A program made the position numbers and the translations under genes. From the NCBI GenBank assembly GCA_050011565.1, contig JBEKIW010000002.1, positions 1 through 64,000 of the forward strand: a DNA stretch of 64,000 nucleotides, in the 5' to 3' direction. The notes under the pieces are model-generated. The model was not told the DNA's origin. It was given only the letters and a program-made list of their open reading frames with translations, and did not search any database. Shown here one piece after another: positions 9,302 through 17,879 of the stretch (position 1 is the first letter of the stretch; each line of letters begins with the position of its first letter). Origin of the DNA: Dehalococcoidia bacterium (lineage in GTDB: Bacteria > Chloroflexota > Dehalococcoidia > GIF9 > UBA5629).

Positions 9302-9703
9302 TCACCCAGCTAACAGCTTATCTCTCAGCAATTGAGCAAAGACAGTTGTTGGACTGACAGCCTCAAGTCCGAGCGCCTCATAAACATCCTTCCGTAACGG
9401 GTCGTATATCCGGCAGATTACTCTACGTACATTGAATATGTTTTTCGCAATCTGAGCGCCCATAACGTTACGATTGTCACCCTGGGTCACTGCTACAAAG
9501 GCATCGGCTTCTGCAATTCCAGCTTTCCTGAGCATCTCTTCATCGGTGCCATCGCCCACCAGTGCCGTACCTCCAAAACTGGGCGGCAAACGTCTAAAAC
9601 TATGAGCATCTATATCTAGCACAGTTATCTGATGCCCGTCGGCATCGAGCAAGCTCGCCAGTTGAGCTCCGACCCGCCCACAGCCCATAATAATAATTTT
9701 CAT
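9302..9703 (-). CDS. TrkA-N-only (KTN/RCK_N) protein
   Basis: MKIIIMGCGRVG, VTQGDNRN, RIYDP; no RCK_C domain. Confidence 0.9.
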   Translation of the reverse strand: MKIIIMGCGRVGAQLASLLDADGHQITVLDIDAHSFRRLPPSFGGTALVGDGTDEEMLRKAGIAEADAFVAVTQGDNRNVMGAQIAKNIFNVRRVICRIYDPLRKDVYEALGLEAVSPTTVFAQLLRDKLLAG

Positions 9704-9713
9704 AATTATTCTC

Positions 9714-10139
9714 TCAAGCCATCGGCTCACGACACAAGAGGACACGACAAGGAGCTTCTTCTAAAACGTAGGGTATGACCCTTCCCAGGTTGAATACACC
9801 GAAACGCTTCTTGTAGGTAAACCCAATCAAAATTAAATCAACCTCCCTTTCCATTGCTTCATCTACAATAGCCGGCCCTGCATCTCGTCCCTGGATTACG
9901 GCCGTCTCAACTTCATAATCTTTATCCGAAGCAATCTCCTCAGCACGAGCTAATATCTTTTCTGCTTTCGCTATTTCAGATTCAATTACCGCATCCAGAG
10001 GCAGACTGCGCTTGACTTCAACGACATAAACAACATAAATCTTTGCCTTCGGCTTCTTTGCCAGGCCACAGGCTAACTTCACCGCCTCCTCATCAGCATC
10101 CTTGCCGCTTACCGCGACCAGTATTTTTTCGAGTCTCAT
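9714..10139 (-). CDS. Universal stress protein
   Basis: KILVAVSG...VDLILIG...VLEEAPCRVLL USP fold. Confidence 0.9.
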   Translation of the reverse strand: MRLEKILVAVSGKDADEEAVKLACGLAKKPKAKIYVVYVVEVKRSLPLDAVIESEIAKAEKILARAEEIASDKDYEVETAVIQGRDAGPAIVDEAMEREVDLILIGFTYKKRFGVFNLGRVIPYVLEEAPCRVLLCREPMA

Positions 10140-10183
10140 AAGAATGTGTTATCTATTATAGTTTTGCCGCATCGGTTATGCAA

Positions 10184-11728
10184 TCATCTTTGACTGTCAT
10201 TAAAGCTAGTTGGCGTGCTAGTTATTTTGTTCGAAATATGCCTTTTGCGCCAGCGAAACAGGAAATAGACACCAAGACCCACAACCATCCAACCTAAGCC
10301 AACCCAACGACTGTAGGTTTGGGTTATTACTAGAACTAACCAGACGAAGGCGGTAACCAGCATCCCCAGAATAGAAGTGATAGGTATCTCCCGCCCTCCT
10401 ATTTTGAAATTCGCCCCAATCTTAAAAGGACGATGCAATGCAGGATATTTATCACGCAATTTCAAAATGGAAGCGTGAGCCAGAAAATAGGTCATCGCAG
10501 CACCGAAAGCGTACAAGCCTCCTAAATTGATAAAAGCCTTCGGTGCAAAAAAACCAGGGATTAGGAGAACTATTGAAATAGCCGAAAAGAATATTATAGC
10601 TACCCACGGCGTCCGGAAGCGGGGATGAATTGTGGCTAAAACTCCAGGCACGAAGCCTTGCCTCCCCAAAAAATATGTGACACGAGAGATACCAATCAAT
10701 CCCGCGTTTGTAGCTATTAGCAGAATTGAAGCTGCTAGCAACCCCACCAGTGCAGGGAGCAACTCACGCACTGCAGTCAGAACCCACGTAACAATAATCT
10801 GAGCTTCAACCGCTGGGAACCACTTGACCGCCATCTCATGAGGGACAATAGCTATAGAAAGATTATGAACAATACCGGCTACCGGATCATGTGCCCATTC
10901 TGTGGCCAACTCCGTGGGCGACATGGTAGAAAGACCCACCGTGGCAATGCCAGCAAAAATAACTAATACGGTAACTGCGGTAAGGATATGGGCAAAAGGC
11001 ACCCTTCTGGTCGGTTGCCGTGTTTCCTCAGCCATCTGGGCTATTGTCTCCACACCGGTATAGGCCACCGCAGCTAGAGCTATACCAACAAACAAATTTT
11101 CCCAGCTTGGCCAATATAGGACGATATGCGCATGAAGTGTAGTAATATTGAAGACGAGCAAAGCACCTAGAACCACAATGAGAATCTGCACTGCCAGGTC
11201 CATAATCGCCGCAGATACATTAACGATAGAAGACTCCCTGATACCGATGACATTGATGATCATTAGTAAAAATACGAATGCCATAGACAGTACGGTTCCC
11301 GCTGCAGGTGATTCTTTTAATATCGGCCAGAAGTGCCCCAGATATGGTGGGATAGTATAAGCTGATATAGCGATGGTAGCGATGTAGGTCAAAATCAGAG
11401 CCCAGCCAGAAATAAAACTAACTGTGTCGTTAAACGCGTGATGCGCAAAGCTAGCAGAACCGCCGGCCTCGGGGAACATGGCAGCTCCTTCCGCATAAGT
11501 GAGCGCCACAAAGACAAAAGCGATTCCAGCTACGGCCAAGGCTACAGGAGTGGCACCCAGAGCTACAGCACCCACAATACCGAGAGCATAGTAAATGGAA
11601 GAACCGACATCACCATAGCCAGCAGCATATAGTGCCGGTACGCCGAGTGAACGCCTGAGATGAAATATCCTTAGTCCGGGACGACGGACAAATCTATCAC
11701 CTAGTTTGGGATGCCAATTATTACGCAC
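10184..11728 (-). CDS. APC superfamily permease
   Basis: YGDVGSSIYYALG, PEAGGSASFA, AEETRQP, HPRFRTPW; about 12 TM helices. Confidence 0.9.
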   Translation of the reverse strand: MRNNWHPKLGDRFVRRPGLRIFHLRRSLGVPALYAAGYGDVGSSIYYALGIVGAVALGATPVALAVAGIAFVFVALTYAEGAAMFPEAGGSASFAHHAFNDTVSFISGWALILTYIATIAISAYTIPPYLGHFWPILKESPAAGTVLSMAFVFLLMIINVIGIRESSIVNVSAAIMDLAVQILIVVLGALLVFNITTLHAHIVLYWPSWENLFVGIALAAVAYTGVETIAQMAEETRQPTRRVPFAHILTAVTVLVIFAGIATVGLSTMSPTELATEWAHDPVAGIVHNLSIAIVPHEMAVKWFPAVEAQIIVTWVLTAVRELLPALVGLLAASILLIATNAGLIGISRVTYFLGRQGFVPGVLATIHPRFRTPWVAIIFFSAISIVLLIPGFFAPKAFINLGGLYAFGAAMTYFLAHASILKLRDKYPALHRPFKIGANFKIGGREIPITSILGMLVTAFVWLVLVITQTYSRWVGLGWMVVGLGVYFLFRWRKRHISNKITSTPTSFNDSQR

Positions 11729-11760
11729 AGTTGCTTGCTTTACACGACCGCTGGCGGGAA

Positions 11761-11789
11761 ATTGTAGTCTTGCTCTTACCCTTTGTCAA
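11761..11789 (-). promoter_or_regulatory. sigma70 promoter of the APC-USP-trkA operon
   Basis: TTGACA, 17 bp, TACAAT. Confidence 0.7.
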
Positions 11790-11876
11790 TATGTATCTGG
11801 TTATCGTGTCCATTTTCGATTGAACTTAATTGAATCAAAAATACCTACTAAGCTATAATAACCAGCTGTGACTCGT

Positions 11877-11954
11877 GGTGAGCGTAGCCGAGCGGTTTAA
11901 GGCGCCAGGTTGTGGCCCTGGAGAACGAGGGTTCGAATCCCTCCGCTCACCCCA
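11877..11954 (+). tRNA. tRNA-His(GTG)
   Basis: G-1, acceptor GTGAGCG/CGCTCAC, anticodon arm CCAGG-TTGTGGC-CCTGG, TTCGAAT loop, encoded CCA; TATAAT upstream. Confidence 0.96.
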
Positions 11955-11987
11955 GAAGCAACGAGACTTTAAAAAATCTTAGTACTT

Positions 11988-12061
11988 GCGCCTATAGCTC
12001 AGCGGACAAGAGCACCGGTCTTCGGAACCGGGGGTCGTGGGTTCGAATCCCTCTAGGCGCG
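11988..12061 (+). tRNA. tRNA-Arg(TCG)
   Basis: Acceptor GCGCCTA/TAGGCGC, anticodon arm CCGGT-CTTCGGA-ACCGG, TTCGAAT loop; CCA not encoded; one T-T mismatch in the T stem. Confidence 0.92.
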
Positions 12062-12185
12062 TATCTAACTTCGTATTGTAACATCGTATCTCAACCTATT
12101 CGGCTACAGGGAGGTTTCAGCGCCAGTAACCATCGATTTTTGAAGATAGACAGCCGTGTGATAAACTAAATAAGGAAGAATAAGT

Positions 12186-12845
12186 ATGGCGCCAGAGCTG
12201 GGCAAAATAAACAAACCTGAAGCTGGCAGTTTCAAGCACAGTCGAAAACTTTTCCTTGTCCCACTGATTTACTCGGCGAAAGATGCCCCTACTGAATATA
12301 TTGAAAAATTTGACCTTTACTGGCAGCAGGTAAACGAGCATGTAGAAAACCTGGAAACAAAATTAGGCAAGATCAAGCGCGTCTACCACGAGTCAATTAC
12401 CATAAGCGATGAGAATAGTTTCCAAATTATGGAGAAGCTCAACCCAAAAAGCTGCCAAATCGTTAAGCAGAAGTCTGAGAGCGGTGCCAAAATCGAGGTA
12501 ATTGAGGACAGGCAACTCGCCGAAGAGTGCATGGACTGGGAAAGATGCTTATTAATCGGATTACTGAGCGATGTGGTAGTCAGGAAAGTCTCCGAATTTT
12601 ATGTTGATGCCGCCAGGAAAAGGTACGAGCATATAAGCAAAAGGATAGACAAAACGCTACAAGCTGATGAGATAGCTGTACTTTTCATTAGAGAAGGCTC
12701 CATGATTCAGTTCCCTAAAGACGTTGAAGTGTTCAGCGTAGCGCCGCCAGCCCTCGATGAAATTCACCGCTGGCTTCGTAGCCGGGCGACGCTGAAAGAA
12801 ACTGAAAACGAGAGCCAGTCGACGGCTGAATCTACGCCAGAATGA
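12186..12845 (+). CDS. Conserved hypothetical protein
   Basis: 219-aa ORF with AAGGA RBS and globular composition; no function recognised. Confidence 0.75.
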   Translation: MAPELGKINKPEAGSFKHSRKLFLVPLIYSAKDAPTEYIEKFDLYWQQVNEHVENLETKLGKIKRVYHESITISDENSFQIMEKLNPKSCQIVKQKSESGAKIEVIEDRQLAEECMDWERCLLIGLLSDVVVRKVSEFYVDAARKRYEHISKRIDKTLQADEIAVLFIREGSMIQFPKDVEVFSVAPPALDEIHRWLRSRATLKETENESQSTAESTPE

Positions 12846-12984
12846 ATCTCAGCCGCCCGCCAACGCAACTACAGAGCAATCATCAACTCAGGAGAAATAC
12901 CCTTCGAACCTAACACGATTTCAGGCATACTTTCAGACCGTGGTATAATGTATGGCACTTAGATAGAACGCTTAGGAGGAAATT

Positions 12985-13368
12985 ATGGACGACGTTGAGA
13001 AATTGGTTAAAACAACACTCGGAGAAATAGAGAAGGTTCTTGATTCCAAAACCGTTGTCGGTGAACCCATAGTAATCGAGGGTACCACGCTTATTCCATT
13101 GATGAGCGTTGGCTTCGGTTTTGCCGCCGGCGGGGGGGCAGGTAAAGGAGAGACCAAAGAGACAACTGAAGGCGGAGGCAGTGGCAGCGGCGGCGGTGCC
13201 GGCCTAAGACCTATCGCCATCATAGTCATTGATAAAGACGGCGTCAGGATAGAGCCCATCAAGGGAGGCATGGCGACTGCAATAGAGAAATTGAGCGAAA
13301 CCATACCAGATGTTGCGGCCAGAATAACCGAAAAATGGGGGGAACGTAAGAAGGAGGGGGAAAAATAG
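12985..13368 (+). CDS. GerW/YtfJ family protein
   Basis: TVVGEPI...LIPLMSVGFGFAAGGG...GSGGGAGLRPIAIIVI; AGGAGG RBS. Confidence 0.9.
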   Translation: MDDVEKLVKTTLGEIEKVLDSKTVVGEPIVIEGTTLIPLMSVGFGFAAGGGAGKGETKETTEGGGSGSGGGAGLRPIAIIVIDKDGVRIEPIKGGMATAIEKLSETIPDVAARITEKWGERKKEGEK

Positions 13369-13974
13369 TTGTGGGTCATCGCTGTTCTAGTTAGCCTGGC
13401 AGTACTCATTACCCTTTTCCTCTGTATACCACTTGACCTCTTCTTCCGCGCCAACGTAGAAGGAAGACCTAAATTCAGCCTGAGACTAATATGGCTCTTC
13501 GGCCTGGTCACCAGTGAGCTAAGACCGCCGAGAAGGAAGCCTGAAGAAAAGAGAGTAATTGAATATGAGGGGAAGCCAGGTGATTGGCTACAGAGGCTGA
13601 AAGTCACACTCGAAATCCTGCAGACCAAAGGCCTGTTAAAACGGCTACGTAGCTTTATAAAGAGGATTATCGGACAGATTAAGGTCAGGGACTTAACAGC
13701 AAACCTGAAGGTTGGACTGGATAATCCGGCTGATACCGGCCTGCTCTTTGCCTTTATAGCACCGCTTAATCTAGCTATAAATTATTTTTTACCGCATCCG
13801 ATAAAGATTCAGCCTTCGTTTACCGAGGAGTCATTCATCACCGGGTATCTTTACGGAGCGGTAAGGCTGTGGCCTATTCAACTGGCTGCATCTCTGATGG
13901 GACTCGCTTTCTCGTTGCCCGCATTAAGAGCTGCTAAGAAATTGGTATTGTATAAATGGAAAAGAAAAAGGTGA
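13369..13974 (+). CDS. DUF2953 (YtfI-like) membrane-anchored protein
   Basis: N-terminal TM, GLDNPADTGLL motif; usual partner of GerW/YtfJ. Confidence 0.8.
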   Translation: MWVIAVLVSLAVLITLFLCIPLDLFFRANVEGRPKFSLRLIWLFGLVTSELRPPRRKPEEKRVIEYEGKPGDWLQRLKVTLEILQTKGLLKRLRSFIKRIIGQIKVRDLTANLKVGLDNPADTGLLFAFIAPLNLAINYFLPHPIKIQPSFTEESFITGYLYGAVRLWPIQLAASLMGLAFSLPALRAAKKLVLYKWKRKR

Positions 13975-14210
13975 TAATCGCCGGCCCTATGGCCATAGCC
14001 GAAATAACTTTAATCCTGGTTATTAAATTATCGCTTAATTGCCAGCCGGCTGGCAGCAGTATTTTTTTCTCCGGCATCAAACAACCCGTCAACGTAGTGG
14101 TGGCTTCGCCATCAACGAAGAAAGCCTTCGACGTCAATGGTGATGAAATTCCGATAGGCCTGCTGCTACAAGAAGTACCCGACCTGGCCGGGATGCTGGA
14201 AAAAGCGTAG
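13956..14210 (+). CDS. Small hypothetical protein, possibly a divergent GerW/YtfJ paralogue
   Basis: IAGPMAIAEITLILV and QPVNVVV echo VGEPIVIEGTTLIPL and RPIAIIV; overlaps the upstream gene. Confidence 0.65.
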   Translation: MEKKKVIIAGPMAIAEITLILVIKLSLNCQPAGSSIFFSGIKQPVNVVVASPSTKKAFDVNGDEIPIGLLLQEVPDLAGMLEKA

Positions 14211-14262
14211 TTGGCTCAGTACAGTCTAGAATTGTTGCTGATTGTAGCCAACCTTAAGATAT

Positions 14263-15171
14263 CTATATAATGACTGTCAGTGCGGCCGGCAAAACACTGA
14301 AGCGGGCTGGCGCTTCCCCGAGAAGTTCACCGTCGGCTTGAACGGCCGATGTCAATGTCGGTATTATCTCCACCTCCCGCGCTCTCATCAAGGTCACCTT
14401 CGGATGAGTCAGGTGAGTGCCCCTGTAAATTCTCGGTATCGACATGATAAGGTCCGGTTTAGTTATGTCATCAATTATCACCACGTCAAAGAAGCCGTCG
14501 CCGGGGTCTGCATTGGGTGCCGGCATCATGCCTCCGCCTCCATACCTGCCGTTATTCATCAATATAGTGCAAACCCTTCTTTCCCCATGTTCGCCATCTA
14601 TTGTGATGGACACATCCCTGTTTTCATAGGACATAAGAGTAGAGAATAAACCCATCAAATAGGACGGCATATCGCCCAGAGCTTTAAACTTTTCGGTAGT
14701 TGCCTTAACTACTTCGGCATCGAAGCCAATGCCGGCGAAGTTCACAAACAACCGCTTCTTCCTTTGCCCATCCTTTGTATATTCAACAACACCAAGGTCT
14801 ACCGTTCGCCGGCCCTGGCTTAGAAGGCATTTACAAGCCTCTTTATAGCGTCGAGGTATGCCCAGGGTACGGATATAATCAGCACCTGTTCCTGTGTTTA
14901 CGATGCCCACCGCCACATCAGTAGAAGCACCAGCCTCATGCAGGCCGTTCACAATTTCATGTATTGTCCCGTCGCCACCTACGGATACCACAATTTTGTA
15001 TCCCTTCTTAACCGCCGCTTTAGCCAGCTCAACCGCATGTCCCGGAGCTTCCGTTATATCATGTTTAAAATCCAGCCCCATGCTTTTAAGCAATGCCATA
15101 ATCTGCGGCCATTTCTTGGCAGTCTTTCCCGCACCGGCGGCTGGATTAACTATGATGCGCATACGTGGCAC
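14263..15171 (-). CDS. Diacylglycerol kinase family lipid kinase (YegS/BmrU-like)
   Basis: IVNPAAG, GGDGTIHE, GIGFDA, ADGE motifs. Confidence 0.93.
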   Translation of the reverse strand: MPRMRIIVNPAAGAGKTAKKWPQIMALLKSMGLDFKHDITEAPGHAVELAKAAVKKGYKIVVSVGGDGTIHEIVNGLHEAGASTDVAVGIVNTGTGADYIRTLGIPRRYKEACKCLLSQGRRTVDLGVVEYTKDGQRKKRLFVNFAGIGFDAEVVKATTEKFKALGDMPSYLMGLFSTLMSYENRDVSITIDGEHGERRVCTILMNNGRYGGGGMMPAPNADPGDGFFDVVIIDDITKPDLIMSIPRIYRGTHLTHPKVTLMRAREVEIIPTLTSAVQADGELLGEAPARFSVLPAALTVII

Positions 15172-15346
15172 GCTTGCTCTCCTCGTAGAATATTAGGTTG
15201 ATGTATCAAACGCTTTACCCCAAAAGTATAACATACCAGTCAATGCCTCGTATAACTAGGAGAATGCTACGCAATTTCTTTACCACTAACAATTATGCTA
15301 GACTGACAAGTAAGAAAGCGGTTTTAACCGTCTGCAAAAACAGAAA

Positions 15347-16237
15347 ATGGAAAATAGCCAGTCAGCTTTTAGTAAACCGCCCGACCTTAGCCATCCGGAC
15401 ATGATAATTGCGCTTAGGGGCTGGGCCGATGCCGCCCAAGTTGCCACCGGGACCGTTCTTTATTTGGTTAGAACTCTGGATGCCATCGGCTTCGCTCAAA
15501 TAGAAGGTGACCAATTCTACGATTTCTCCACCGCGCGCCCTGAGGTAACTATTGACCGGGGTTTAATAGCTTCTTTACAGTTGCCGCACAATAGCCTTTT
15601 TTACTGGAAGAATATTAAAACAGACCATGATTTAATTTTCTTTCACGGTATCGAACCTCATTTTCATTGGCAGAAATTCGTTGATACGATACTGGACTTA
15701 GCTAGCAGTCTTAAAGTCAGGAGAATATATGCCCTGGGCGGGCTCTACGACAATGTACCGCATACAATGGAACCAAGGATATCCGGTGTAGTAAACAAAG
15801 CTGACTTATTGACGGTGCTGAAAAAGCATAATATCGAGCCGATAAATTACCGGGGACCTAGCAGTCTGCACAGCTTTTTGCTGAGTAGCTGCTCTCAAAG
15901 AAACATGGAAGGTATCAGTCTGTGGGGACACGCGCCATTCTATGTTCGTGTTGAAACCAACCCGATGGTGTGCCTCGAACTCGTTAGAAAATTGATCGAA
16001 CTGATGGAAATCGAAATCGACCTGACCGAGCTCATTAAAGCCGGCGAATACCTGCAGGATATGCTAAACCGCCTGCTGGCTGACAGCGAGGAACTCCAGC
16101 TCTACATCAAGAAACTGGAAGAGCAATACGAAATTCAAGGTACCGCACCCCGAGAGCCGTCACCGGGTGCCGACAGGATTATCAGGGAAGTAGAGGACTA
16201 TCTCCGTAATCAGCGTGGCAAGGGAGAATCAGAATAG
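15347..16237 (+). CDS. PAC2 family (proteasome assembly chaperone-like) protein
   Basis: GWADAA..AT, FYDF..RP, EPHFHW, LGG...VPHT, C-terminal YIKKLEEQY. Confidence 0.88.
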   Translation: MENSQSAFSKPPDLSHPDMIIALRGWADAAQVATGTVLYLVRTLDAIGFAQIEGDQFYDFSTARPEVTIDRGLIASLQLPHNSLFYWKNIKTDHDLIFFHGIEPHFHWQKFVDTILDLASSLKVRRIYALGGLYDNVPHTMEPRISGVVNKADLLTVLKKHNIEPINYRGPSSLHSFLLSSCSQRNMEGISLWGHAPFYVRVETNPMVCLELVRKLIELMEIEIDLTELIKAGEYLQDMLNRLLADSEELQLYIKKLEEQYEIQGTAPREPSPGADRIIREVEDYLRNQRGKGESE

Positions 16238-16274
16238 CTCGTCGACCGGGCCATTCTAACTATTCTCTTTATCG

Positions 16275-16493
16275 CTACTGCGTAATATCGATAACCTTGT
16301 TCCGGCTGCTGAAGCCGCTGGCTATGGCTACCTGCCTCTGCGGAACTCCAAAATAGCCCGCCAACAATTTTATGACTGCTCTGTTGGCTTTACCTTCTTT
16401 AGCCGGTTCCTTGACCCGCACCAAAAACATATCGCCTTCCTTGATGACCTCTTCAATTTTCGAATTTGGAGCCACCCTGACCCTAATCTTCAC
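16275..16493 (-). CDS. DUF167/YggU family protein
   Basis: VKEPAKEGKAN...SGFSSRNK. Confidence 0.9.
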   Translation of the reverse strand: MKIRVRVAPNSKIEEVIKEGDMFLVRVKEPAKEGKANRAVIKLLAGYFGVPQRQVAIASGFSSRNKVIDITQ

Positions 16494-17754
16494 CTGTAAC
16501 CTCTCCCCATAATCCCTTATTATTCAGTCGAGCCGGAATTACCCCCCGAAACTGATTGGTTAACGGCTCACGACTTTGGGTAAACACCCTGATATAGTTG
16601 CCGCTAAGCCCGGAATATATACCGCTACCCGGTGCCACTTCCTTTTCCCACAAGACCATCAGGTCCCGCCCTAAGAACCGCTGATAAAACTTGCTGGCAC
16701 TCTCTTTAGCCAGTTGCAGCATCCGCTGGCTGCGCTCGTTCTTAAGCTTATCACTGACCTGCTCCGGCATCCTAGTCGCCAACGTCCCTGGTCGAGAAGA
16801 ATAGCTGAAGACGTGGATATCGGCGAAATCGATTTCTTCACAAAAGCGATAGCTCTCCTCAAATTCTTCAACGCTCTCTCCGGGAAAGCCCACCATAATA
16901 TCAGTTGTGATAGCTACATCGGGCACGGTCTTTCGAATCAAAGAAACCGCCCGCTTATAATCACCCGCGGAATAATGCCGCCTCATCCGTCTAAGAACGT
17001 TATCGCTGCCGCTCTGTAATGCCAGGTGAAAATGACGACATAAACGAGGGTCTTGCCACAAGCTGAGCAGTTCCGGCGAGATATCCTGAGGCTGCAAAGA
17101 GGAAAGATGCAGCTGCTCCACACCCATAGCCGCTAGAATTTGCTCCACCAACTCCTTGAGATTTACACTGTTGTGCCTGTAGTCGCCGATTTTGGTTCCG
17201 GTGAATACTATCTCTTTATAGCCGGCAGAGACCCTGGACTTAACTTCGTTAACCACGTCTGCTACCGACAGACAATGTTCCCACCCGCGCACATGAGGTA
17301 CAACACAATAAGCACATGAGTTGTTGCAGCCGTCCTGAATTTTTATGAAACTGCGAACCCGACTTGCGCCATCCTTTACAAGCTGCCCCACTGAGCAATG
17401 ACCCGCAGTTTCAGGTTCCACTTCCAGAAAGTCCAGAAGATGCATCTTATCCTCATTGCCCACAACGAGGCCGGCGCCGACCCTCATCAGCTCTTGGGGA
17501 GCTCTCTCTGCGTAGCAGCCGGTGGCCACAATTAAGGCTTGCGGATTCCTCTTCCGGCACAGCCTCACTAAATGCCGTGACTTGCGGTCGGCAATATGAG
17601 TAACCGTGCAGGTATTCAAGACATAAATATCAGCCCCGTTACCGCTGACAATACTATAACCGGCCTCGGCAAATTTACGGGCCAGCAATTCGCTCTCGGC
17701 TTGATTAAGTTTACAACCCAGAGTATGAATAGCTACTTTCATTTCAGATTCCAT
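16483..17754 (-). CDS. mtaB: tRNA t6A37 methylthiotransferase
   Basis: TLGCKLNQAES, NTCTVT, TGCYA, KIQDGCNNSCAYC radical SAM motif, HVFSYS. Confidence 0.92.
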   Translation of the reverse strand: MESEMKVAIHTLGCKLNQAESELLARKFAEAGYSIVSGNGADIYVLNTCTVTHIADRKSRHLVRLCRKRNPQALIVATGCYAERAPQELMRVGAGLVVGNEDKMHLLDFLEVEPETAGHCSVGQLVKDGASRVRSFIKIQDGCNNSCAYCVVPHVRGWEHCLSVADVVNEVKSRVSAGYKEIVFTGTKIGDYRHNSVNLKELVEQILAAMGVEQLHLSSLQPQDISPELLSLWQDPRLCRHFHLALQSGSDNVLRRMRRHYSAGDYKRAVSLIRKTVPDVAITTDIMVGFPGESVEEFEESYRFCEEIDFADIHVFSYSSRPGTLATRMPEQVSDKLKNERSQRMLQLAKESASKFYQRFLGRDLMVLWEKEVAPGSGIYSGLSGNYIRVFTQSREPLTNQFRGVIPARLNNKGLWGEVTGED

Positions 17755-17879
17755 GACCTTGCCAGGCAGCAATTATATTTGCCTTTTGCCTGGCAGGTCA
17801 ACAAAATGCCTAGGTTCCAGCTTGAAGACAACGACAACTTATGGTATAAATCAGGCAATCGGATGTCCGAGGCACAGGT

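Noticed and set aside
11912-12169. 85-aa ORF in the track
   Set aside because: Overlaps both tRNA genes
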